This document shows, in pieces, positions 48,121 to 58,436 of a stretch of DNA of 64,000 nt. The stretch is from Desulfobacterales bacterium (GTDB lineage: Bacteria; Desulfobacterota; Desulfobacteria; Desulfobacterales; UBA11574): assembly GCA_046484425.1 (NCBI GenBank), contig JAWOIY010000227.1:9725-73724 (forward strand). The letters run 5' to 3'. Each line of letters opens with the position of its first letter. The stretch's first letter is position 1. The position numbers were made by a program, and so were the translations under genes. The notes below the pieces were generated by a model that was not told the origin of the DNA, made no database searches, and saw only the letters and a program-made list of their open reading frames with translations.

Positions 48121-49005
48121 ATGGAAGTAAAACCAAATCAATTAAACGACCATCTGTTAACTGCATTATTGGCTTCAAAAGAAGCCGGCCTGGCGGTTCT
48201 CGATGTATATCAACAGGATTTTGATGTTTCGTACAAAGAGGACAAGTCGCCGCTCACCGTTGCAGATCAGTGTTCCCACAACATCATCGTTAATTGTTTA
48301 ACCGATTCAGCCGGAGAAGGCATTCCGATTTTAAGTGAGGAAGGAAAGGACGTTCCCTTTGAAGAAAGACACCAATGGGAGTATTTCTGGCTCATAGACC
48401 CCCTGGACGGCACCAAGGAGTTTGTTAAAAGAAACGGAGAGTTTACCGTTAATATTTCGTTAATTCATCAAACCCGGTCAATTCTCGGGGTAATTTATGC
48501 GCCGGTGATGAACCTTTTTTATTTCGCATCCGAGGGATTGGGGTCTTACAGACTTAATGGCAATGTTGCTTTCGAGCTGTTGAAGGACATGGTTCCCGAA
48601 AATAAAAGGGCCGACGTGTTGAAGGCCGTGCTGGAGCAGTCCGACAGGTTGCCGAATCATGACCGACGCTCCGGAACCGGTGCCTCACAATTGGCAATCA
48701 TCGGGAGTCGTTCTCATTCCTCCAATGAATTCAATGCCTTTGTGGAAGACATGAAAAAAACACATGCAAAGGTCGAACTCATGTCTGCCGGAAGCTCTCT
48801 AAAGTTGTGCCTGGTAGCTGAAGGAAGGGCTGATATTTATCCCAGGTTTGGCCCGACAATGGAGTGGGATATCGCTGCAGGCCAGGCCATCGTGGAACAG
48901 GCAAGAGGAAGTGTCGTAAGTTATGAAACGGGCGAGCCGCTGAAGTACAATAAAGAAAACCTCCTGAATCCATGGTTTATAGTCAAGGCCCATGGGTATC
49001 GGTGA
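48121..49005 (+). CDS. cysQ: 3'(2'),5'-bisphosphate nucleotidase
   Basis: SEE, WLIDPLDGTKEF and GSSLKLCLVAEGRADIY motifs. Confidence 0.9.
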   Translation: MEVKPNQLNDHLLTALLASKEAGLAVLDVYQQDFDVSYKEDKSPLTVADQCSHNIIVNCLTDSAGEGIPILSEEGKDVPFEERHQWEYFWLIDPLDGTKEFVKRNGEFTVNISLIHQTRSILGVIYAPVMNLFYFASEGLGSYRLNGNVAFELLKDMVPENKRADVLKAVLEQSDRLPNHDRRSGTGASQLAIIGSRSHSSNEFNAFVEDMKKTHAKVELMSAGSSLKLCLVAEGRADIYPRFGPTMEWDIAAGQAIVEQARGSVVSYETGEPLKYNKENLLNPWFIVKAHGYR

Positions 49006-49060
49006 TTCATAAATATGGTATCGGGGCCGGCCTTATCCTTAGGCGCGTTCAATAACATAA

Positions 49061-49092
49061 AAAGGGGTTATATAGTTTTTTATAACCCCTTT
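49061..49092. terminator. bidirectional terminator hairpin between cysQ and tRNA-Val
   Basis: Perfect 12-bp stem aaaggggttata/tataaccccttt with an 8-nt loop and T-rich flanks on both strands. Confidence 0.65.
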
Positions 49093-49099
49093 ATTTATG

Positions 49100-49174
49100 T
49101 GGTAGGCGGTACTGGATTTGAACCAGTGACTTCTACCGTGTGAAGGTAGCACTCTCCCGCTGAGTTAACCGCCC
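49100..49174 (-). tRNA. tRNA-Val (anticodon CAC), CCA encoded
   Basis: The reverse complement folds as a cloverleaf. Acceptor GGGCGGT/ACCGCCT, D stem ACTC/GAGT, anticodon stem CTACC/GGTAG with loop TTCACAC, T arm ACTGG-TTCAAAT-CCAGT, discriminator A plus CCA. Confidence 0.9.
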
Positions 49175-49178
49175 ATTA

Positions 49179-49457
49179 TCAGGGCTTATCAACATGTTCC
49201 TTCAATTCTTTTCCGACCTTGAAGAAGGGTAATTTTTTGGAGGTCACTTGGATCTGGACGCCGGTTTTCGGATTCCGTCCGGTGTACGGCTTGTAATTTT
49301 TAACCGAGAAACTGCCGAAACCTCTGATTTCAACGCGATCACCTTTTGCGAGTGTTTCTTTTAGTGCGTCGAAAAACGTGTCCACAACTTTTCCGGCTTC
49401 TTTTCTGCTAAGGTCCACTTTATCTTTCAAGGCGTTGATTAAATCGGATCTGTTCAT
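49179..49457 (-). CDS. integration host factor beta-like (HU/IHF family) protein
   Basis: RVEIRGFGSFSV...TGRNPKTG...FKVGKELK. GGAG RBS. The stop lies 4 nt upstream of the tRNA-Val 5' end. Confidence 0.9.
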   Translation of the reverse strand: MNRSDLINALKDKVDLSRKEAGKVVDTFFDALKETLAKGDRVEIRGFGSFSVKNYKPYTGRNPKTGVQIQVTSKKLPFFKVGKELKEHVDKP

Positions 49458-49593
49458 GACGACTCCTTAATAGAAATAGATCATTGAGTCATATTGATAA
49501 GCGTAACTTCAGTTCGCTGAAGGATATTCATTCTTTATATAGGTATTAAAAAATTTTAAGTCAAGAACTTTTTAACATATTTAAAACACTTTC

Positions 49594-50136
49594 TTATTCT
49601 ATGTTTTCCGATGCAGAATCGCTAAGTTCCGAAATTTCTTTGGGTGTCGGAAGGTCCTCAAGATTTCTCAGTTCAAAGACCTCAAGAAATTGTTTTGTGG
49701 TCGCATAAATCAGCGGCCGGCCGGGAATTGTCTTTCTTCCCAGAACCCGAACCAGTTTTCGTTCGAGAAGCATGCGAAGAATGCCGCCGCAGCTGACGCC
49801 GCGAATATGCTCGATATCGTTGCGGATGATCGGTTGCTTATAGGCGATAATCGCAAGCGTCTCAAGGGCGGCCTTGCTAAGACGCGTCGGTTTAGGCTGA
49901 ATAAGCCGTTTGATCCATTCACTGTATTCAGGGCGGGTCCGGATTTGGTATCCGCTTGCGACTTCCCGCAAAAAGAAACCCCCTTTCCGATTTTCATATT
50001 CCAATGAAAGTTCGTTGAGTGCGTTTTGAATCTCTTTCTTTTCCGCCTGGACGAGGATGTTTTTGATACGATCGACGGTCAGCGGTTCCTCGGCTACCAG
50101 AAGGAGGCTTTCTATAATATTTTTTATGTCTTCCAT
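49594..50136 (-). CDS. scpB: segregation and condensation protein B
   Basis: IESLLLVAEEPL, winged-helix repeats, GRPLIYATT motif. Its start overlaps the scpA stop (TAATG). Confidence 0.9.
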   Translation of the reverse strand: MEDIKNIIESLLLVAEEPLTVDRIKNILVQAEKKEIQNALNELSLEYENRKGGFFLREVASGYQIRTRPEYSEWIKRLIQPKPTRLSKAALETLAIIAYKQPIIRNDIEHIRGVSCGGILRMLLERKLVRVLGRKTIPGRPLIYATTKQFLEVFELRNLEDLPTPKEISELSDSASENIE

Positions 50137-50852
50137 TACAGGTAAAAGAGTCTGATAATGCCGGTTTGTCTATTCTGGACAATATTGATCAATGAGAGTC
50201 TTACCATTTCGAGAATTGCAAGAAATGTGACCACCACTTCACTTTTGTCGGTATCACTGGAAAAAAGTTCGTTAAAAGTCACTGATTCCCGGGTTTCGAG
50301 GATATCTACAATCTGAACGATCCTGTCTCTTACGGAAACAGTATCGGCGGTGATAATATCCACACCGCGATGGACGGATATTTTTTCGAGTATTTTTTGA
50401 AACGCATCGATAAGCTCAAAGAGTCCGACCGCAATGATTTCATCATCTTGATCAATGGTGAGACTTTTCTGGTTTAAGTTCCTGACGAACGTATCTTCTC
50501 CAAGAAGATTCCTTGAAGCCAACTCATTGGCAGCCGACTTCATCTGAAGGTATTCTTCAAGCGGTTTGACAATCTCCATACGAGGATCTTCATCGTCGTT
50601 TTCTTCTTCATGAACCGGCAAGAGCATTCTTGATTTAATTTTGGTTAAAGTAGATGCCATTAATATGAAATCGCCCGCAACATCTATGTTTGTTGCAGTC
50701 ATCCATTGAAGGTATTCGAGATATTGTTCTGTTATCAGGGCAATGGGGATATCATAGATGTCCACCTCATGCTTTTTGATCAGGTGAACCAAGAGATCCA
50801 TCGGACCTTCGAAGATATCATTAATCTGTACTTTATAGATGTCTTCCTGCAT
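50136..50852 (-). CDS. scpA: segregation and condensation protein A
   Basis: FEGPMDLLVHLIKK motif. ATG at 50852 is preferred over TTG at 50876. Confidence 0.88.
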   Translation of the reverse strand: MQEDIYKVQINDIFEGPMDLLVHLIKKHEVDIYDIPIALITEQYLEYLQWMTATNIDVAGDFILMASTLTKIKSRMLLPVHEEENDDEDPRMEIVKPLEEYLQMKSAANELASRNLLGEDTFVRNLNQKSLTIDQDDEIIAVGLFELIDAFQKILEKISVHRGVDIITADTVSVRDRIVQIVDILETRESVTFNELFSSDTDKSEVVVTFLAILEMVRLSLINIVQNRQTGIIRLFYL

Positions 50853-50893
50853 TTTTAAATTTGAACCTTCTCCCAAAGAGTTGGTCGATTGAT

Positions 50894-51105
50894 AAGGGGT
50901 CCAGGGGCCAAGGGTTCAAGGGTTCGAGTGAAAAGGCTCTAAAAACAAATAAATAAAGATAATATCTTGATTTCCGGAGTCACTTTCTTATAAGAATATA
51001 TTCTTGAAAAGATCGAGGAATAAGGGCAGAAAAAACTCCAATGTTAACGCTATCTGAATCAAAGCGTTTACAATCCCTTGACCCCTTGAATCCTCGAATC
51101 CTTTT
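50894..51105. repeat. inverted octamer arrays (GGGKYCMA x4) flanking about 140 bp
   Basis: The left array is 50894-50930. The right array, 51071-51105, is its reverse-complement type. Lies between the trpS stop and the scpA start. Confidence 0.6.
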
Positions 51106-51133
51106 TCCCATCTAATTTGGAGAAGAACCTTAC

Positions 51134-52120
51134 TTAAATTTTCATGGCCGCCCTGACCTCCGACATGGTTTCGCGGGCGACTTGCCGGGCTTTCTCGCAT
51201 CCGTCCGCAATAATATCATCAACAAGATCGGGGCGAGCCTCATAATATTCTCTCTTTTTGCGCATGGGCTCAAGGAAATTTATGAGATGCCGGGCCATGA
51301 TCTTTTTACATTCGACGCACCCGATTTCAGCTGTTCGGCATTCACGGTTTATTCTCTGAATCGTTTGATCGTCGCTGTAAAGCTTGTGAAATTCGTAAAC
51401 ATTGCATACATCGGGATCGCCGGGATCGCTTTTTTTGGCACGCTGGGGGTCTGTAAGCATTTTGGCGACGTAGGCGGTGATTTCATCGGGATCGTCTGAC
51501 AGAAAAATTGCATTGTTATAACTCTTGCTCATTTTGCGACCGTCTATGCCGAGTATTTTGGGGGTTTCGGTCAAAATCGATTCGGGTTCCGGGAATACCT
51601 CACCGTAGAAATAATTGAATCTTCTTGCGATTTCGCGAGTAATTTCGACATGCGGCACCTGATCGACGCCCACAGGGACGCCGTAGGCCTTGTACATTAT
51701 AATGTCTGCGGCCTGGAGCACCGGATAACCAAGGAAACCAAAGGTGGAAAGATCCTTGTTGCTCAGTTGAACGATCTGATCTTTGTAGGTTGGGTTGCGC
51801 TCCAGCCACGGCACCGGAGTTATCATCGTGAGAAGCAGAAACAGTTCGGCATGTTCCTTGATGTGTGATTGGATGAAGAGTGTACTTTTGTCAGGCGAAA
51901 GTCCGGCGCTCAGCCAGTCCATTATCATATTGCGGACATATTTCGAGATATGTCCGGTATTTTCGTAATCACTGGTCAGGGCATGCCAGTCGGCGATGAA
52001 GAAAAAGCAGTCATACTGATCTTGCATGCTTATCCAGTTTGCAAGTGCACCGTGCAGATTACCAAGATGAAGGGGCCCTGTGGGTCGCATCCCGCTTAAA
52101 ATCCTTTTTTTAACTGTCAT
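51134..52120 (-). CDS. trpS: tryptophan--tRNA ligase
   Basis: SGMRPTGPLHLGNLHG (HIGH) and KMSKS motifs in 328 aa. Confidence 0.95.
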   Translation of the reverse strand: MTVKKRILSGMRPTGPLHLGNLHGALANWISMQDQYDCFFFIADWHALTSDYENTGHISKYVRNMIMDWLSAGLSPDKSTLFIQSHIKEHAELFLLLTMITPVPWLERNPTYKDQIVQLSNKDLSTFGFLGYPVLQAADIIMYKAYGVPVGVDQVPHVEITREIARRFNYFYGEVFPEPESILTETPKILGIDGRKMSKSYNNAIFLSDDPDEITAYVAKMLTDPQRAKKSDPGDPDVCNVYEFHKLYSDDQTIQRINRECRTAEIGCVECKKIMARHLINFLEPMRKKREYYEARPDLVDDIIADGCEKARQVARETMSEVRAAMKI

Positions 52121-52177
52121 TCAGAATCTCCTTCTGCCGCAATTAAAAGTGTCCATTTAGAATCAACTCGGTCTTTC

Positions 52178-52840
52178 CTATCTGCCCAGTAAAATATCGA
52201 ACATCGGGGTTAGGAAAAATGACAGTAATCTATCCAGAAGATTGGTTAGAAGCAAGAAAATAATGATGATCATGCCGTATCGTTCCAAACGGGCATATTG
52301 CATTCTTAATGAAGTAGGAAGGCACATGGCAAGTATTTTACTGCCGTCAAGGGGAGGTATGGGGATGAGATTGAATATGGCCAGGATCAAATTAATAATA
52401 ACACTGTAAAAGAGCATGGAATAAAGATCCATGATGAATGGGCTGAAGAACGATGTTTGCCACAAAAATTTATACCGGGTCAGGATTTGAAATAAAATCC
52501 CAGATAAAAGCGCGAGAATGAAATTGGCCAACACACCGGCCGAGGAAACATAAATGGTGCCTTTTCGAACATCCCTAAGATTAGAAAAATTGACCGGAAC
52601 GGGTTTGGCATACCCAAAAATTATCGGTGAACCGGTCAGTTTTAAAATAAGCGGCAGGAGCAGCGATCCAAAGAAATCCAAGTGTTTAATCGGATTGAGG
52701 GTCAATCTGCCGGCCAGCCGGGCGGTGTGATCTCCCATTCGTAAAGCGACATATCCGTGCGCAACCTCATGAATGGTCACTGAAAATAGAAGTGGAACGA
52801 TCATCACGACAATCTGATTCAGATTTAGATTACTGAACAT
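52178..52840 (-). CDS. site-2 protease family (M50) membrane metalloprotease
   Basis: HEVAHG motif within a TM helix and LIPIPPLDG motif. Confidence 0.85.
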   Translation of the reverse strand: MFSNLNLNQIVVMIVPLLFSVTIHEVAHGYVALRMGDHTARLAGRLTLNPIKHLDFFGSLLLPLILKLTGSPIIFGYAKPVPVNFSNLRDVRKGTIYVSSAGVLANFILALLSGILFQILTRYKFLWQTSFFSPFIMDLYSMLFYSVIINLILAIFNLIPIPPLDGSKILAMCLPTSLRMQYARLERYGMIIIIFLLLTNLLDRLLSFFLTPMFDILLGR

Positions 52841-55499
52841 AATTTTTTACAAAAGAAATTTCTTCACTGCGTGTTTTTATACGACCGTTTAATTTGCCCT
52901 CAAGGACAGCCTCCATGATTTCACGGTAAATGGGACCGGGTTCGATACCGAGTTTTTTCAGATCTTTCCCTTTTATTGAGGTGTTAATGTGTCTTAACTG
53001 TGTAAAGTAATTTGAGATGGAGCGTTTTACGATTTCCTTTTTGGTAACCGCCATCATATAGAGAACGAGTTCAACCCTGAAAACGGAAATTCGTTTGTAA
53101 ATAGTACTGTTTTTGACGGGTAGATTTCGTTCCATCCACAAGACACAATGGTCAGCCTCGAAGCGTTCCTTGCAGAATATTGTCCTGAATCTCGGAGCTA
53201 TCTCAATCCGCTTGCAGATTTCACCGGCCGTTTTTTTATTGCCAGGTTTTATCAGGGCTAAAAAGTAGACGGCCCATTTCATATAAGGTTCCTCGAGAAA
53301 AAGCAAATCGTGCCAGGACAGCACCTTTTTAACCGAATTAAATAAAAAAATTAAATCGTCATTGAGTACTATAGAAGGGTGGATAACATGAAGGAGATGA
53401 TATTCGTTCATCCTTAAAATGGCTGCCAAAGGATTTTCTTCTTCGAGAATCTGACGAAGCTCGGAAAATACCCTCCTTCCACTGAGCCTTTTGAAAAAAT
53501 CCATTTTTACGGCATTTCCAATCAAACCTGAGGTGAGTTTTCCGATTGAAAAGCCGAAACGCTGTTCGAACCTGATGGCACGAAAAACCCGGGTCGGATC
53601 TTCAACAAAACTAAGATTGTGCAAAACTCGAATGGTTTTTTCTTTAAGATCCTTTTGGGCCGAAAAAAAATCGATTAACAGGCCTAATCTGCCGGGGTTC
53701 AGCTGAATGGCCAGAGTATTTATCGTAAAGTCTCGTCGATAAAGGTCGAGTTTTATGGAACTCATTTCAACCGTAGGTAGAGCTGCCGGAAATTGGTAGT
53801 ATTCCATTCTGGCGGAAGCCACATCAATTTTATAACCGTCCGGGAATATAATGACAGCAGTGCCGAATTTTGCGTAGGAATGAACACGGGCACCGACGAA
53901 TCTGGAATACTGTTTTGCAAATTCGATACCGTCTCCTTCAATGACAATGTCGATATCTTCATTGTTCCGGTACAAAAACAAGTCTCTCACGAATCCGCCG
54001 ACGACATAAGCCCCGCAACCGATTTCCTCGGCTTTTTCGCCGATGGTTTTGAGGATATCCATAATACGGGGCGTCAGTCGTTCTTTCATAAACTTAAGGA
54101 TGTTTCGGGTCCTTGCGTGGCCGGGTTCTTTCATAAAATCCGGTGAGCTGAATTCCTTGTTTTTGGATTGCCGTACCAGGATATTCAGCAAATCGGTTCG
54201 GGTAATAACGCCTGAAATGACACCGTTGTCGATAACAGGAAGAATGCGAAGCTTGTTCTCGATAATTTTCTCCTGTATTTCGGCGAGTTCGGATCCGGAT
54301 TCAACGGATGCCAGTTCGGTGTTCATATATTCCTTTACCGGAATGTTATCAAGCTTGTGATACATGGCCTTTTCAATAATTTGCCGGGTTATAAAGCCTT
54401 GAAGGTTTTCCTTGCCGTTATCTTTTTGGGTTACCAGAAGCGCATTTATGTTATAGCGGGTAAGGAGATCGCCGGCATCTTTACAGGAAACGTTTGCACC
54501 GACCGTGATTGCCGGTGATGACATAAGGTCTTTTGCCCGGCTTCGGGATTTGATCGTTTTGTATAGAATTTCTATCAGTTCGGTCTCAATCTGAGCCAAA
54601 GTCTTCCCCTTGATCGTTGCGGCTGCCGCAAATGTATGTCCTCCTCCGCCCAGAGGCGTGACTATTGCTCCTACATCGACTTCCGGTATTCTGCTTCGAG
54701 CAACGATATACATTTTATCTCCCATACGGGCGATAGCAAATATTGCATCAAGATTTTCCATTTTAACCATTTTATGGACCAAAAAGGCAAAATCAGACAC
54801 ATAATTGTCGGTCGATACACTGGTAATTACAATTTCGATACTGTTGATGTGATAGCGGGTAGCTGCCTGAATCATGTCATTTAGAAGTCCCACCTGTTCC
54901 GGGCTGATTTCCCTGGAAATCAGATTTGAAACAACATTTAAATTGGCGCCCTTTGACAGTAAAAAGGCAGCGGCTGTGAAATCTTTTTCTGTGGTACTGG
55001 GGAAAGTAAAGGACCCCGTGTCCTCGTATATGCCGAGGCACATAATGGTGGCTTCATCCGGTGAAATTTCGATTTCCTTTGCGCGTATGAGTTCCGTGAG
55101 TATCGTTACCGTTGCACCGGTTGAACAATGTATCTCGTAATCTCCTTTGATGTCGCTGCTCATTGGAGGATGGTGATCGTAGATATGTATATCGACATCC
55201 GGCAGATCCAGTACTGTTGAAAGTTTTCCGATACGACTTGCCTGTCTGGTATCCACAAGGACCAATCTTTTGATGCTGGTCATGTCAATGTCTTTAATGT
55301 CAACCATATTAAACAAATAAACCATAGATTTTATAAAGAAATTTCTTAAATTTTTTTCCTGGGAACCGGGAAAAACTGCCAGGGAATCCGGATACAACTT
55401 CTGTGCCGCAAGCATTGAAGCCAAGGCATCAAAATCGGCGTTAGTGTGCGTTGTGATGACAGTGAGGTCTTTTTTAGGCTTTGCTTTGGTTTTTTTCAC
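52830..55499 (-). CDS. DHH/DHHA1 phosphoesterase - CBS pair - poly(A) polymerase/CCA-adding nucleotidyltransferase multidomain protein
   Basis: N-terminal DHH (HTNADFDALAS, YDHH, GGGGH), a central CBS pair, and a C-terminal nucleotidyltransferase head (VVGGFVRDLFL...DIDIV) with tRNA-NT body. The same architecture is known from the Thermotoga-type CCA-adding enzyme. Confidence 0.85.
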   Translation of the reverse strand: MKKTKAKPKKDLTVITTHTNADFDALASMLAAQKLYPDSLAVFPGSQEKNLRNFFIKSMVYLFNMVDIKDIDMTSIKRLVLVDTRQASRIGKLSTVLDLPDVDIHIYDHHPPMSSDIKGDYEIHCSTGATVTILTELIRAKEIEISPDEATIMCLGIYEDTGSFTFPSTTEKDFTAAAFLLSKGANLNVVSNLISREISPEQVGLLNDMIQAATRYHINSIEIVITSVSTDNYVSDFAFLVHKMVKMENLDAIFAIARMGDKMYIVARSRIPEVDVGAIVTPLGGGGHTFAAAATIKGKTLAQIETELIEILYKTIKSRSRAKDLMSSPAITVGANVSCKDAGDLLTRYNINALLVTQKDNGKENLQGFITRQIIEKAMYHKLDNIPVKEYMNTELASVESGSELAEIQEKIIENKLRILPVIDNGVISGVITRTDLLNILVRQSKNKEFSSPDFMKEPGHARTRNILKFMKERLTPRIMDILKTIGEKAEEIGCGAYVVGGFVRDLFLYRNNEDIDIVIEGDGIEFAKQYSRFVGARVHSYAKFGTAVIIFPDGYKIDVASARMEYYQFPAALPTVEMSSIKLDLYRRDFTINTLAIQLNPGRLGLLIDFFSAQKDLKEKTIRVLHNLSFVEDPTRVFRAIRFEQRFGFSIGKLTSGLIGNAVKMDFFKRLSGRRVFSELRQILEEENPLAAILRMNEYHLLHVIHPSIVLNDDLIFLFNSVKKVLSWHDLLFLEEPYMKWAVYFLALIKPGNKKTAGEICKRIEIAPRFRTIFCKERFEADHCVLWMERNLPVKNSTIYKRISVFRVELVLYMMAVTKKEIVKRSISNYFTQLRHINTSIKGKDLKKLGIEPGPIYREIMEAVLEGKLNGRIKTRSEEISFVKNYVQ

Positions 55500-55694
55500 A
55501 ACTATTCTCTTTTGGGGTTTTTTATTAAAACATTGAATACATTTGCATATCTGAATGGGTTTATCAAGCTGTATAATACTCTATTTAGCAATAAATTCTG
55601 CAAATCTGTTGTTGTTTGACTCGGATTATGATACTATTCGCGCCACATATTCGCAATACAAACTGTGTTGTCTCCATTAAAAGGAGGAATGATC

Positions 55695-56903
55695 ATGCCG
55701 GTTTACATATGGAAAGGGAAGGATCGGAATAATAGGGTTAAAAAAGGTGAAATGGAAGCACCGAATATAGATACTGTTCGCTCGGAACTTGTCCGACGAA
55801 AGATTACGTCTGCCAAAATCAAAGCGAAACCAAAGGACCTCTTTGAAAATGTCCCATTCATGCAGCCCAAAGTGAAACGGTCCGACATCATTATTTTTTG
55901 CCGACAATTTTCGACCATGATTGACGCCGGACTTCCCATCATCCAATGCCTTGATATTCTTTATGCCCAGAATGAAAACAAAACCTTTAAGAAGATGCTC
56001 AAAGAAATTAAGACCAATGTTGAGAGCGGTCAAACTTTTGCCGAAGCATTGAGAAAGTATCCCAAACAGTTTGATGATCTTTTTGTGAATATGATTGCAG
56101 CCGGAGAAGCCGGTGGAATTATGGATTCGATTTTAAGGCGGCTGTCGGCTTACCTGGAGAAAGCTGCAAAACTTCAAGCTAAAATAAAAGGCGGTATGAC
56201 ATATCCTGTTGTCACCATCGTTATTGCCATCGTCGTCATCGCTATAATCATGGTTTTTGTGATTCCGGTATTCGAGGAAATGTTCAGTGGTATGGGGAGT
56301 GCACTCCCGGCTGCCACACAGCTTGTCGTCAATTTGAGCAGGGCCATAAAATCTAACATTTTATATATTATCGGGGCCATAATTCTATTCTTCATTGCAA
56401 TACGGCGTTTTTATAAAACCGAAAAAGGAAAAATTTTGATGGATGACCTTTTGTTGAGACTGCCGTTGTTCGGGCAGTTGGTACGCAAAGCCGCTGTTGC
56501 CAAATTTACACGGACCATGGGGACCATGCTTGCCAGCGGCGTTGCGATTTTAGATGCGCTTGAAATAGTCGCTAAAACATCTGGCAACAAAATCATTGAA
56601 AAAGCCATATTAGACACTCGAACTGCCATTGCGGAAGGCCGAACTATGTCCGATCCACTTGCCGAAAGCGAGGTTTTCCCTTCAATGGTTTGCCAGATGA
56701 TTGCTGTCGGCGAATCTACCGGCGCCCTTGATGCAATGTTAACAAAAATTGCCGACTTTTATGAAGAGGAAGTTGATCAGGCAGTGGAAAACCTGACTTC
56801 GTTAATAGAGCCTTTTATGATTGTGTTTTTGGGTGTGGTTATCGGCGGGCTGGTTGTGTCAATGTATCTGCCCATTTTTAAAATGGCTTCGGCGTTGGGT
56901 TGA
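55695..56903 (+). CDS. pilC: type IV pilus assembly platform protein PilC (GspF family)
   Basis: Duplicated T2SF domains. ATG at 55695 lies 7 nt after AAGGAGG. Confidence 0.88.
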   Translation: MPVYIWKGKDRNNRVKKGEMEAPNIDTVRSELVRRKITSAKIKAKPKDLFENVPFMQPKVKRSDIIIFCRQFSTMIDAGLPIIQCLDILYAQNENKTFKKMLKEIKTNVESGQTFAEALRKYPKQFDDLFVNMIAAGEAGGIMDSILRRLSAYLEKAAKLQAKIKGGMTYPVVTIVIAIVVIAIIMVFVIPVFEEMFSGMGSALPAATQLVVNLSRAIKSNILYIIGAIILFFIAIRRFYKTEKGKILMDDLLLRLPLFGQLVRKAAVAKFTRTMGTMLASGVAILDALEIVAKTSGNKIIEKAILDTRTAIAEGRTMSDPLAESEVFPSMVCQMIAVGESTGALDAMLTKIADFYEEEVDQAVENLTSLIEPFMIVFLGVVIGGLVVSMYLPIFKMASALG

Positions 56904-56930
56904 TAAGTTCTAAAGCATCTTTTAAACATT

Positions 56931-58232
56931 ATGCGCAGTTCTTCAATAATGCCTGAAGATGATTTGTATCATAAGCTTAAATGGCTTATGTTCTTTCGAA
57001 TACTCTTTGCATTATTGATGCTGAGTTCAACCTTTATTGTTCAGCTCAATATAAATCCTTTCCCTCTGGACAAATCTTTCATCGTTCTTTACGGCCTTAT
57101 CATCGTTATATTCTTGTTTTCCATTTACTATGCCTTTATTTTTCGTGCGTTAAAAATAAAGTTTCTTTTCCCGTATATACAGATCGGGATCGACACCTTT
57201 CTCGTAACGTTAATCATTTTTATTACCGGAAGTTTTGAAAGTATCTTTTCTTTTTTATATCTGGTTGTCATTATTTATTCGAGCATGATCATTTTCAGAA
57301 AAGGAAGCATGATCATGGCTGCTCTATGTAGTATCCAGTACGGCATTCTCATTGATCTCGAATATTATGGTTTTATCAACCCTTATTTTTTAAAAGAAAG
57401 CAACAGCATTGGCAGCCATGATTGGAGCCTTGTGTTTTTTAAAGTCGTGATTACCATGGCGGCTTGTTTTGCAGTTGCCTTTTTAAGCGGTCTGCTGTCA
57501 GAACAGTTAAGGCGAACAAAAAAAGAGCTTTCAGCCATGGAGGATCGTGTAGAACGCGTCGAAAAGATGGCGTATCTGGGTGAAATGGCAGCCGGTATTA
57601 CCCATGAAATAAAGAATCCTCTGGCTTCACTGGCGGGGTCGATCCAGATTTTACGAAAAGAAATTCCCTATGATCCCAAACATGATAAGCTGATGCAGAT
57701 CGTGCTGCGTGAAACAGACCGGTTAAATGTCCTTGTGAGCAATTTTCTTATGTTTGCAAAACCGCCGTTGGGCAAAATCAAGAAGGTAGAGCTGGAAAGT
57801 GCCTTGACGGAAACCATCAAACTTTTTGAAAAAAATCAAGATACCAGTCGCAAGGTTACGATTGAAACTGATTTTTACCCCAATGTTTGGGTCGAAATGG
57901 ACCCGATTCACCTTCGACAGGTGATGTGGAATATCATTCTTAACGCAGCCGAAGCTATCGAAGGTGAAGGAATTATTCAAGTTAAAACCTATCTTTCAAA
58001 GCATAATTCTGCATCCGTTGAGGTTTGTGACAACGGTTGCGGCATGACGACAAAACTCATGCAGTCGATTTATGACCCCTTTTTCACAACCAAACCAAGC
58101 GGCACAGGGCTTGGGCTTTCCATCGTTCACAGAATTCTCGAATCGTATAATACCTGGCTTGATGTTGAGAGTGAAGTCGGTAAAGGCACGCGATTTACTT
58201 GGAAGTTAAATCGGATGGATATGCCAACTTAA
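56931..58232 (+). CDS. sensor histidine kinase, PilS-like (multi-TM input domain)
   Basis: About 6 N-terminal TM helices, H-box THEIKNPLASL, N/G1/G2 boxes (NIILNAAEA, DNGCGM, GTGLGLSIV). No response-regulator gene follows it. Confidence 0.85.
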   Translation: MRSSSIMPEDDLYHKLKWLMFFRILFALLMLSSTFIVQLNINPFPLDKSFIVLYGLIIVIFLFSIYYAFIFRALKIKFLFPYIQIGIDTFLVTLIIFITGSFESIFSFLYLVVIIYSSMIIFRKGSMIMAALCSIQYGILIDLEYYGFINPYFLKESNSIGSHDWSLVFFKVVITMAACFAVAFLSGLLSEQLRRTKKELSAMEDRVERVEKMAYLGEMAAGITHEIKNPLASLAGSIQILRKEIPYDPKHDKLMQIVLRETDRLNVLVSNFLMFAKPPLGKIKKVELESALTETIKLFEKNQDTSRKVTIETDFYPNVWVEMDPIHLRQVMWNIILNAAEAIEGEGIIQVKTYLSKHNSASVEVCDNGCGMTTKLMQSIYDPFFTTKPSGTGLGLSIVHRILESYNTWLDVESEVGKGTRFTWKLNRMDMPT

Positions 58233-58436
58233 CCTTGACACCAATAGGTAAATAGGTTACCAAATCAAGTTTAATCGTTTTAAAATATTTTTCCCCTCAT
58301 TGAACTTGAGTTTGTTGACAATGTGTTTTCGAAAACGGCATTGCCAATAAAATGCCTCGCAGGGTTCACGTTGGTTTTTTTACCATGGTTCTTTTAGACC
58401 GAGAGGGGATGGCAAAATTAAATTATTCGATCATCT

